Origin: Octopus bimaculoides
Taxonomy: Eukaryota
Direction of reading: 5' to 3'
Assembly (NCBI RefSeq): GCF_001194135.2
Contig: NC_068997.1
Span: forward strand, 3,521,669-3,585,668
DNA length: 64,000 nt
Below the pieces are notes generated by a model. That model worked only from the letters and a program-made list of their open reading frames with translations. It did not search any database and had not been told where the DNA came from. A program made the position numbers and the translations under genes. Below, in pieces: positions 53,561-64,000 of the stretch. Position 1 is the stretch's first letter. Every line of letters begins with the position of its first letter.

Positions 53561-54028
53561 GTAAGTCTTGAAATACTCCTCTTATTTCTGTAATTCATAA
53601 TTCTATATAAAACAAACCAATTGCTTTTACTCGATTTTAACTCTTAAAACATAATTATAACCCTGTTTCAAGATATTTTACTGAGATCTGTATGTGATGA
53701 AGCTAAACAACAATTTGCAACTTAAAAGCTGAGAACCCATTTTGGACGTTGTTGCATTTTCACAATATTCTTTTCTGCTAATTATATTCTTCTGTCCTTC
53801 TAACTATTTTACCCCTCTGTTCTCAAATTCACATGTTTCGCTTCGTTGAAGCGCAAAATATGTATTTATTTCTCAGAGTAACCAATTTAGATTAAAATTT
53901 AAAATACTTTAATTCTTTCTTCTTTCACTTTTTATTTTCACGTTTTTCCTATTTTCATACCAATAAATGGTGATGGATAAAATGCCATGTGTTATTTAGT
54001 AATTTTCCCCTTGGGTTCTAAGTTCAGA

Positions 54029-54402
54029 GGGAGGCGCAATGGCCCAGTGGTTATGGCAGCGGACTCACGGTCATAGAATCGCGGTTTCGATTCCCAGACA
54101 GGGCGTTGTGAGTGTTTATTGAGCGAAAACACCTAAAGCTCCACGAGGCTCCGACAGGGGATGGTGGCGAACCCTGCTGTACTCTTTCACCACAACTTTC
54201 TCTCACTCTTACTTCCTGTTTCTGTTGTGCCTGTAATTGGAAGGGTCAGCATTGTCACACTGTGTCACGCTGAATATCCCCGAGGACTACGTTAAGGGTA
54301 CACGTGTCTGTGGAGTGCTCAGCCACTTGCACGTTAATTTCACGAGCAGGCTGTTCCGTTGATCGAACCCTCGACGTCGTAAGCGACGGAGTGCCAACAA
54401 CA
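54029..54402 (+). mobile_element. Full-length SINE family A with a perfect 10-bp TSD
   Basis: TAAGTTCAGA at 54019-28 and 54403-12; lacks a short internal segment present in the other copies. Confidence 0.93.
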
Positions 54403-54885
54403 TAAGTTCAGATCATTCCATGACGTCTTTTCCATTCAGCCAAAGCCAAGTAATGTGGGAACATTGAATACAATCACCCACAACTATGCTTGCTATCAAA
54501 TGCTTGTTACGGCTCATATATCTTTATGTATACATGCGCATGTCTGCAACAATATACATGAGAATACATACATAAAACAAAACAATCAAATCTGCACAAA
54601 CACTGATTACAAATGCTTCAAGTATGCACACATATATGCAAAAATATCCAGCAGATGTTGCTGAAATTCCAATGAAAGAGCCTTAGATCTAGGTTAGAAA
54701 ACGGCACTTTCTCTATTGGCAAGATATCTTGAAATAAAACTAAATATTGACGTACATACACACATACACTCAATCACATACACACGATCCCTTTCTCTCT
54801 CACACACACACACACGCAGGCACACACAGAGAATGCACACAGGCATACACGCATATTTGTATTTATTTACATTCTTCATTTGCAG

Positions 54886-55143
54886 AATGCGACATTTTCC
54901 ATTGGGGTGAAAACTGCAAAAACAAATGTGCATGCAATGGTAATGAAGAACTATGTGACTCAATCCGTGGCTGTGTCTGCAAGAAAGGCTGGACTGGTAT
55001 TCATTGTGACCAAGACATCAATGAATGTGCCGGCAATCACACTTGCTACGATTTTGAAAACATGAAATGCATTAATACACAAGGAAGTTACCATTGTATC
55101 TGTCAGAACGGCTACATTGATGACAGCGAGGGACACTGCATTG
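54886..55143 (+). CDS. Exon: laminin/MEGF-type EGF repeat plus cbEGF (CDIFHWGENCKNKCAC...DINECAGNHTC)
   Basis: cttcatttgcAG acceptor, G|GTAAGC donor; 258 nt, phase 1 to 1. Confidence 0.94.
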
Positions 55144-55179
55144 GTAAGCATTGGGCCAGCTGAGAACATCTTGGCATCA

Positions 55180-55220
<41 letters not shown>

Positions 55221-55775
55221 TGTGTGTGTGTTTTGTGTGTGTGTGTGTGAATCTGTCTGTCTGTGCGTGTGTGAATCTCTCTCTCTCTCTCTCTCCCTCT
55301 CTCTATGTCTCTCTCTCTCCCNNNNNNNNNNNNNNNNNNNNNNNNNNNNNNNNNNNNNNNNNNNNNNNNNNNNNNNNNNNNNNNNNNNNNNNNNNNNNNN
55401 NNNNNNNNNNNNNNNNNNNNNNNNNNNNNNNNNNNNNNNNNNNNNNNNNNNNNNNNNNNNNNNNNNNNNNNNNNNNNNNNNNNNNNNNNNNNNNNNNNNN
55501 NNNNNNNNNNNNNNNNNNNNNNNNNNNNNNNNNNNNNNNNNNNNNNNNNNNNNNNNNNNNNNNNNNNNNNNNNNNNNNNNNNNNNNNNNNNNNNNNNNNN
55601 NNNNNNNNNNNNNNNNNNNNNNNNNNNNNNNNNNNNNNNNNNNNNNNNNNNNNNNNNNNNNNNNNNNNNNNNNNNNNNNNNNNNNNNNNNNNNNNNNNNN
55701 NNNNNNNNNNNNNNNNNNNNNNNNNNNNNNNNNNNNNNNNNNNNNNNNNNNNNNNNNNNNNNNNNNNNNNNNNNN

Positions 55776-55812
<37 letters not shown>

Positions 55813-56494
55813 ATCTATTTCTCTATTTGTCTCTGTCTATCTATCTATCAATCTATCTCCATCTCTCTCTCCCTCTTCCTCCCCCCTCTCTCTCTCTCTG
55901 TCATCTTTCATGCTATCACATATTTTGTAAACTATGTATACTTTTATCACATTTCACCTTCTTTTCCATTCCCTTCTCTCCATCCCTTACATAAATCCCG
56001 ACACAAATTATTGCTTGTCTTTGTGTTGTTCCCTTCATCGATGTCCCTGCGGCTAAGAAAAGAAATTATAATCATTAAAAGAAAAAAAAAACTAAGTTAT
56101 TTCCCTTTAACTCTGACAAATTTAACTCCCTTGTTTCGTTTATTTTCTTTTATTTTGATTTGTTTTTTCCTCGTAACAAATAAACTCGTTTGAATGAAGA
56201 AAAAAGCATTAATTATTGATCAAGTGAAGTCAGCTTTCATCAGTGGTTGTGGTAGGGTATACTAGCATGAGATGGAGGGAGTGAAATAGAGAAATGGAGG
56301 AGGAAAGAAAATAATATACAGTGGATAGGGAATCATTAAAAAGATTGAGGTGAAGAAATATCGGTTCTACAAGCACGTATGCACTGTATGCATATATATT
56401 TATCTTTTACGTGTTTAGCCATTGGATTGCGACCGTTCTGGGGTACCACCTTGTTTGGTTTGGTCGGCCAAACCAACCCATAACAGGGTGTTGT

Positions 56495-56830
56495 GAACTG
56501 GTTGATTGACCTGGTCTATGTCCTCTGGCCTTTTGCGACGAAATCTCTTCCTGAACTCCCTCACAACCCCTCAAAGTATTCTTTGTTGACCGTCTAGCTA
56601 AAGGGAACCAGTAGATGCAGATGATATCCTTGTTGTCGAAAAAGGGGATCATCATGAGCTTCCCAGTGGATTTACATTGCATGACCTCGTGTACCAGCGA
56701 AAAACAGATGGTCGACTCGTACAAATTAATCCATAGAACTCTGTCTGGGGCAAGTCATAAGTTTCTCGAGCGTTTTTTGCCCAGGTTAGCACAAAACTTT
56801 CTTGCATAGGGAACTTCTAAACTGTCTTCA
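56495..56830 (-). mobile_element. Internally deleted mariner transposase remnant
   Basis: Minus strand pieces: KFCANLGK/NARETYDLPQTEFYGLICTSRPSVFRWYTR (mariner N-terminal HTH) joined directly to STGKLMMIPFFDNKDIICIYWFP...TVNKEYF...EFRKRFRRKRP (catalytic-domain region). Confidence 0.75.
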
Positions 56831-57014
56831 CGTCCCGACTCTATTCTGAAAACTAGTCAGCTGTGACAAACAGTTGTTTACATGAAACTAGAATAAATGT
56901 TGACATGTCAGTTTTTAGATGTATCATAATGATATACTAAAATTACACCAATCTAGAACAATTATAGCTACCCCTCCTAAAAAAAGTCTCAAAATTTCTG
57001 GAATGCACTTCGAA

Positions 57015-57196
57015 TACATACATACACATATACATACATGCATACATGTATACATACATACATACATACATACATGTGTGTGTATGTGTGTGTATGTGTA
57101 CGCATGTGTCTGTGTGATTATGTATGTATGTATATATGTATGTATGTATTTATGGAGAGAGAGAGAGAGTGAGAGAGAGATAGATAGATAGGTAGG

Positions 57197-57251
<55 letters not shown>
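57015..57251 (+). repeat. Compound microsatellite (TACA)n-(TG)n-(TATG)n-(GA)n-(GATA)n
   Basis: Direct reading; similar CA/TA/CT tracts flank almost every intronic N-gap. Confidence 0.9.
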
Positions 57252-57252
<1 letters not shown>

Positions 57253-57720
57253 CAACGTCGCTAGTCAAAATATTTTCTTTGTGTATAATTTCTTGTACAT
57301 AATGTTTTTACATTCTCTACACTGTTGACACTTAAATACATAATTTTTGTATAATTAAGAACAGACTTGTCCGCGAGACAAACACACGCTTTGTTATATT
57401 CCATATATTCCTGCTTAAACGGTCATATATATATATATATATATATANNNNNNNNNNNNNNNNNNNNNNNNNNNNNNNNNNNNNNNNNNNNNNNNNNNNN
57501 NNNNNNNNNNNNNNNNNNNNNNNNNNNNNNNNNNNNNNNNNNNNNNNNNNNNNNNNNNNNNNNNNNNNNNNNNNNNNNNNNNNNNNNNNNNNNNNNNNNN
57601 NNNNNNNNNNNNNNNNNNNNNNNNNNNNNNNNNNNNNNNNNNNNNNNNNNNNNNNNNNNNNNNNNNNNNNNNNNNNNNNNNNNNNNNNNNNNNNNNNNNN
57701 NNNNNNNNNNNNNNNNNNNN

Positions 57721-57776
<56 letters not shown>

Positions 57777-59971
57777 TGTGTTATGTTGAATTAAGCCCCT
57801 CTAGTACTTCCATTGGTTACCTGAGGGCTCTAAATTTTCCACTTTCAGTATTGACTTCTAATGTAGGTAGAAGGCTGCTAGATGCCGTTGCTGGTAACAT
57901 TCCACAGAAAAAAGAATGGGATGTCTTAATTAAAATATAGGAATCAGAGGATGAAAAAAATATATATTATGGAAAATATTGAAGTAATAGCTAAACCAAA
58001 ATGTGCACTACATGGATGAAATAGTGAAGGGCCGTAGAAATACGCAGTGAAATATCAGAATAAGATGAATATTGAACAACAACAATTGTTTCAAATTTTG
58101 ACACAAGGCCAGTAAGTTTGTGGGAGGAGTAAGATGATTATATCGACACCAGTGTCCAACTGGTACCTATTTTATCCACCCTGAAAGAATGAACGGCAAA
58201 GTCATCCTCGGTGGAATTTGGACTCTAAGCATTTTGCCCATCGTACTAACGATCCAGCCAGCTTGCAACCATTTTCCAAAAATTTATATTTGGAGCAATG
58301 CGTATATATTTCAAAATACTTACTCAGAACATCAGGATAAGATTATTCTTGTTCCACATCTCACATATAAATTTATGCAAAACTAATTTCTTACAGAAAC
58401 ACAAAGCCAGAGCGCCTGATATTTAACTGACATCTATTTTATCGACCTCAGTAAGTTTCGAACTCAAGAGATATTAGACCGTAAATAGATACCACACGAC
58501 AATCTGTTCAAAGAACTAACGCGATCGCACGTGCAGCTAAATCTCACTTCAACCATTTTACAGTGTCTTAAATAATGGAAAGACACATTAAATAATTTAA
58601 TGTTAGAAAACCAGAGAAGGGTTCACGCTTGAAAATCTTTGATTATAGTTTTACAAAAGCAGGCCTACCTTTCACATTAAGAGATACAATGCAAAGTGGT
58701 ACCTGTGCAGTAGAAAGGGTACTATGGACTCATGTGCGGTGATGGGCAAAGTGGACCCGAGTAAGCGGTGCACTGGGAATTAAAGGGATATAACTAACTA
58801 GTCCCCATTATTCTATCTATCGGTTACCTCCCTTTGAATCTACTTTCCTTTCCATCAAGTGGAGACTGACTACGTCATTTGACTTGGTAAAATTAGCAGC
58901 CAAATCTCCCTGAAATTACACCATACCATAAACTCTTAAAAAGGCTACATGTCACAAAGTTGTGTCGGATTTCATAATAAAACCAGATAATAAAAGTTGC
59001 ATGGCCACAGTTGGTAGTCTTTGATCATGGATCTGGGTTATGAAGTTTAACATCGGGCTAAACAACAACACACTTATAATATCTCTGAGACAGGGTAATA
59101 TATTTGGGGGTTTCGGATGCAGAATTCAAAGGGGTGTAACTATAACGATACTGATAGTGGAGTTTATCTCTTTCAGTTATGATAATAAAAATAACAGCTA
59201 TTTTTTATATTCGCCGCAAAAGTAATAAATTGCGAGATATTTAAAGGACAAATTACGAAAATAAGGGCGGGAAGCGAAGAATTAACTGGGTAAAACCAAG
59301 AACATACGCAAAACAAGTGTAAAACAGTGTTTTATATATATATACAAGAGAATGAAATATGAGAGCCCAATAAAGGATTCAACATCTGGTGGTGGGGGCA
59401 ATCATGGAACCGGATAGACCTTTATTACCAAGAACAATTACCCTATCCCAGCTGTGTTGCAGCAAATTCTTACCATACAGGCTTGCTTTTAATAAGATTC
59501 CCTAGAAAGCAACACGTTAATGAGGTCTGAGAGGATCAAATAATTATTTTGATCATCATACAATCTCTTTCTCCATAGCCACCTCACAAAGTAAATATTC
59601 CTGCCTTCCCTAACCAACGAAAGCTGGTAATTACGATTCCCACAACGGACCCAGCGTGGTGATAGATCAGTCCTAGACACAACAGTTCTCCTAAAATATT
59701 CAGCCATTCTGGGGCTCTGAACAAGTGTAAGTGGAATGGTTTCGTCGTTGTGTACACGTTTCAGACAGACTAGATATACGGTAGTACCATTCCAGTTCAT
59801 TGTATTTTGAATCATGAAAGGCCACACCAGCAGTACACGCACACCAGGGATTTTTGGAAGTTAGCCATAGAACCTTGGATAAAATTACTTCATAATACAT
59901 TGTTTAAATACACAGTTGATGATCATCGATACCCAGTCTATCCGAATGCGTCACATATATACATTCTTACC

Positions 59972-60011
<40 letters not shown>

Positions 60012-60347
60012 CACAGTGTGTATGTGTGTGTGTCTGTGGTATATGTTTGTGGTATGTGTATGTATGTGTCTCTGTGTGATCGCGCGCGGGTGTGCATCCT
60101 TTAAGTTCGTTTAAGTGAAACATTTTTGAATGCGCATATGATAAGCTTTTAGGCAATTTTTGTCTGAAGAACCAAACACATGGATAAATATTCACATAGA
60201 TTAATAACATCCATGGATTTTGCAAATCATACTTGTAGTATCCTATGGATGGGAAATGCAGCTACTAAAACATGAGTTTTGTGGAAACGTATGTAGCAAT
60301 GCATTAAGTCGTTTGCGAACTTCCATCTAAAAGTGCTTCTTACTACA

Positions 60348-60387
<40 letters not shown>

Positions 60388-60655
60388 TGTATATCATAAA
60401 TTGCATATAGCTATATAATTTATGTAACTGTTTACGTCTGAATAACTACTTCTGTACTTGAAATTCGTAACCGAATGCGGTGACCCATGAATCAACAGAT
60501 GTGATTTCGATTCTTAACCAGATATATATTATGGCTTTTATCACGTTTTAAATTTATTGTTTAAATTTCTTAAAATATTAGGGTTTTTTTTTTCTTTTTT
60601 CTTTTCTGTAAATGAAATATTGGACAGACTTTTAAAGTTATGTTTATATATGCAG

Positions 60656-60787
60656 ATATTAATGAATGCAAAACTGGAGTACATTTCTGCTCGCAGAAAT
60701 GTCGAGATGTGGAAGGAACTTACAACTGTGAATGTTACGATGGTTATCGATTGAATGACGATCGAAGAACCTGTACTAAAATGTCAG
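60656..60787 (+). CDS. Exon: calcium-binding EGF ([31 protein letters not shown])
   Basis: ttatatatgcAG acceptor, G|GTAGGT donor; 132 nt, phase 1 to 1. Confidence 0.94.
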
Positions 60788-61058
60788 GTAGGTAGACTAA
60801 TCGACTAATATTCTTTTTTTATTATTTCTTCAGGCGGGAAGCAATGGTAACCTGCCTATTGTCAAATTTAATGAATAGACCAATAGATGGGCTCACTAGA
60901 AATGTCAGTTCTACACACACACACTCACACACACACACATGTCTCTTTCCTCATCTCTCTCCTTCTCTCTAACTTTCTCTCTCTCCTTCCTTTTCTCTCT
61001 GACTCATTCTCTCTCTCTCACTTTCTTACTCTATATATGCGTCTATCTATCTATCTAT

Positions 61059-61121
<63 letters not shown>

Positions 61122-61329
61122 NNNNNNNNNNNNNNNNNNNNNNNNNNNNNNNNNNNNNNNNNNNNNNNNNNNNNNNNNNNNNNNNNNNNNNNNNNNNNNN
61201 NNNNNNNNNNNNNNNNNNNNNNNNNNNNNNNNNNNNNNNNNNNNNNNNNNNNNNNNNNNNNNNNNNNNNNNNNNNNNNNNNNNNNNNNNNNNNNNNNNNN
61301 NNNNNNNNNNNNNNNNNNNNNNNNNNNNN

Positions 61330-61366
<37 letters not shown>

Positions 61367-61434
61367 TTGTTGTTACCAATCTTGTTGTTGTTATTGTCAT
61401 ATGTTCTAATTTATTATGACCGTTGCTTTTCCAG

Positions 61435-61551
61435 AAAACGAACTCTGTAACGCTGTCAATTGTTCCCACATCTGTTTAGTTGAGAGCACCCGTCCCGTAT
61501 GTTACTGCCAAAAAGGTTTCCGATTAGCAAAGGATAAAATCACGTGTCTAT
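61435..61551 (+). CDS. Exon: EGF-like, non-Ca-binding (ENELCNAVNCSHIC...CYCQKGFRLAKDKITC); gene continues beyond the window
   Basis: ttgcttttccAG acceptor, T|GTAAGT donor; 117 nt, phase 1 to 1. Confidence 0.92.
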
Positions 61552-61945
61552 GTAAGTGTTTGTCTGTTGGTTCATAGAGCTTTACACCAAAGTTCATTAG
61601 ATATTAATGCACTAAACATTGCGTGCCAAAAAATGATTAATTAAAGTGAAACTCGTTATTAAGGCAAATTGCGATTCGGTGAAAAGTTATTTATTTTCAG
61701 TAAAAGCAAGGGAGGCAATTCCGACATTTAAATTAATAAAAATTAATTACAAATTGACTTGAATCATACAACAAAAATTGAGCCTGTTTTAAGGACTTTT
61801 GTATACACAGAGCGGAGAGTGTATATTTAGAGTTAATCATTGTATCATCTGTTTTAACACATATGACACATATTTACAAACACGAAACCTATTGTGCACG
61901 CAGCCATACAGTATACCAAACATACAAAATGGTTATACATACATT

Positions 61946-62347
61946 AGGCGCAGGTTTAGTTTGTGGTAAGAACCTTGCTTCCCAAACCGCATGGTTCTCG
62001 ATTTAGTTACACTGCATGACACCTTGGGCAAGTGTCTTTTTCTATAGACTTGTGGGTGGATTTGGTAGACGGAAACTGAAAGAATCCCGTCGGATGTGCA
62101 TGCGTATGTGTGTGTGAGTGTGTGCGTGCGCGCGTCTATATGCCGCTTGACAACCGGTGTTGGTGTGTTTACATCCGTGTAGCGTTAGCGGTTCGGCATA
62201 AGTGGTTGATAAAATGAGTACCAGGCTTAAGAAAAACATAAGTACTCAGGTGGATTCATTCGACTACAAATTCTTCCAGTTGTTGCCCCATCATGACCAC
62301 AATCTAATAACTGAAACAAGTAGAAGATAAAAGATAAAACATAAAAG
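61946..62347 (+). mobile_element. SINE family B, near full length with tRNA-like head
   Basis: AGGCGCAGG..TAG..TGTGGTAAGAA.CTTGCTTCCCAAACC.CATGGTTC head, family core, internal (TG)n, AAGATAAAA tail. Confidence 0.82.
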
Positions 62348-62472
62348 ACACCTGCACGACTGTTTATAGGTATAATATATAAGTGTGTATGTGTGTGTGT
62401 ATTTTATGATTTCCTTTAGACATAGTAATCCTAAATCCTGTTGTTAGAACTGATTATACATATGATTTAGTA

Positions 62473-62782
62473 CAGTGATTCTCAGCCGGGGTCAAAATAT
62501 GATTTTTGGGGTGGGAGGGGGGCATACAACAAAACAGTATTTTAAGAACCCTTGAAAAAAATTTGCTTTAAATGTCTGTATTGGTATTCTTGCAAGAAAC
62601 AGCCTGGTTTCTATCTTTAATGTTCAACCTACGCAAGTTAATGTGTGTAAAACAAAATATGAATTTTGAAAGTAGTTTCTAGAAACCTATTTTTTTAAAA
62701 TAGCAAATGGCTACGGTGATCCACAAAAGTAAAACAGTAATCAAAGGGGTCCATAGATAAAAAAAATGTTTGAGAACCCTTG
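62473..62782. mobile_element. hAT-like MITE (310 bp)
   Basis: Ends CAGTGATTCTCAGC... and ...GTTTGAGAACCCTTG (Charlie-type CAGGGGTTCTCAAAC TIR pattern); 8-bp flanks ATTTAGTA and CTTTAGTG. Confidence 0.7.
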
Positions 62783-62935
62783 CTTTAGTGTAAAGCATTT
62801 GCCGAGAGCAAAATGTTATATTAATTACTGAGTTATAAGGGAACAGAAATGAAGTAATCAACTTCATTAGCATACCGCTACTACAGCTATAAGAAATATT
62901 GTAATCACACAATATAGATATGCGAGTGTGTGGAT

Positions 62936-63000
<65 letters not shown>

Positions 63001-63415
63001 NNNNNNNNNNNNNNNNNNNNNNNNNNNNNNNNNNNNNNNNNNNNNNNNNNNNNNNNNNNNNNNNNNNNNNNNNNNNNNNNNNNNNNNNNNNNNNNNNNNN
63101 NNNNNNNNNNNNNNNNNNNNNNNNNNNNNNNNNNNNNNNNNNNNNNNNNNNNNNNNNNNNNNNNNNNNNNNATATATATACATACCTATATAAATACTAT
63201 ACATATGCATACACACAACAGACACAGATATACACACATATACATATATGCACCCATATAAAAGCTATATACGTTACTACATACATGTATATACAAATAC
63301 ATGCGAACATGTATTTGCATATACAAACATGTATGCATTCCTACACACATACATACATAAGTTATACGTTCATGCACGTTCATACATGCAGGTGCATATA
63401 CACGCACATTGGCAC

Positions 63416-63532
63416 ATGTAAGTGTTTGTCTGTTGGTTCATAGAGCTTTACACCAAAGTTCATTAGATATTAATGCACTAAACATTGCGTGCCAAAAAAT
63501 GATTAATTAAAGTGAAACTCGTTATTAAGGCA
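63416..63532 (+). repeat. Exact 117-bp copy of 61550-61666 (exon end plus 5' intron)
   Basis: ATGTAAGTGTTTGTCTGTTGG...CTCGTTATTAAGGCA is identical at both sites. Confidence 0.92.
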
Positions 63533-64000
63533 TTCCTACAAACCCATGTCTTTGCGGTCATGAGGCCCCTAACCACCGTGCGATAGACAAACATATAGTT
63601 TTAGTTCGTTTGAAATGATTATCTCCCTTACACCGGCGAAATTTGAACATGTGAAATAAATTCCGGGTTGAAGTTATGCTATTTTAGTTACTCAGTAAAC
63701 CATGCCTTTCGTAGGAAAGGCATGGAGGGGCATGGTTATCACAGCAGGAGTTGTTGAGGGTTTTAATTATGAATGTGAAAGAATAAAATTTGATAGTCTA
63801 GACAAGGTGGAGAAATGCTGTTATGATTGTCATACACACACACACATACACATGTAAATGTGTATGTTTGTATACCAGATGTTGCGGTCGCGTGAGGCCT
63901 GGTTGGAGGCCCAAACTTCCGAGTTCTTTTCCAGAGCTTAGAAAAACTGAAAGGCCACTGCAATGTGTGTGAATCTGAGAGGGAAACGTGTTAGCTGATT

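Noticed and set aside
58711-58760. AG...GTAAGC-bounded candidate exon in the 5.5-kb intron
   Set aside because: 50 nt, not frame-preserving, contains TGA in the required phase and has no EGF pattern. An exon hidden in the gaps at 55322-55775 or 57449-57720 cannot be excluded.
59489-59842. 117-aa minus-strand ORF in higher-complexity intronic sequence
   Set aside because: No recognisable motif or splice context; possibly an old TE remnant, which needs BLAST to decide.
39027-63443. ORFs containing X runs and CVCV/YIYI/THTH/SLSL peptides
   Set aside because: Translations of N-gaps and dinucleotide microsatellites.
63879-63895. CAG|ATGTT candidate next EGF exon
   Set aside because: Reaches TGA after five codons and lacks the D(E/D)C motif.

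Overview
Eukaryotic (animal) genomic DNA from a gapped short-read assembly. The intron repeat content (tRNA-derived SINEs, dense CA/TA/GA/GATA microsatellites) looks cephalopod, probably octopus; this is inferred from recalled repeat sequences, not searched. The whole window is the interior of one + strand gene for a giant MUC4-type mucin. Positions <3-32011 are a single apparent Thr/Pro/Ser-rich (PTS) coding block of about 10,600 codons, interrupted only by four N-gaps. It is followed by 19 GT-AG exons that I could chain by hand in one consistent reading phase (3,492 nt, 1,164 aa), encoding NIDO, AMOP, VWD (with a GDPH autocleavage motif), a post-VWD linker and a run of EGF/cbEGF modules. No start codon/signal peptide, transmembrane segment or stop codon is visible, so the gene extends beyond both ends. 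Introns carry at least three SINE families, a Dong/R4-like LINE 3' end in a (TAA)n tract, two Tc1/mariner-superfamily transposase remnants, two MITEs and a 117-bp exact duplicate of a splice-donor region. No prokaryotic systems, CRISPR arrays or true tRNA/rRNA genes are supported.
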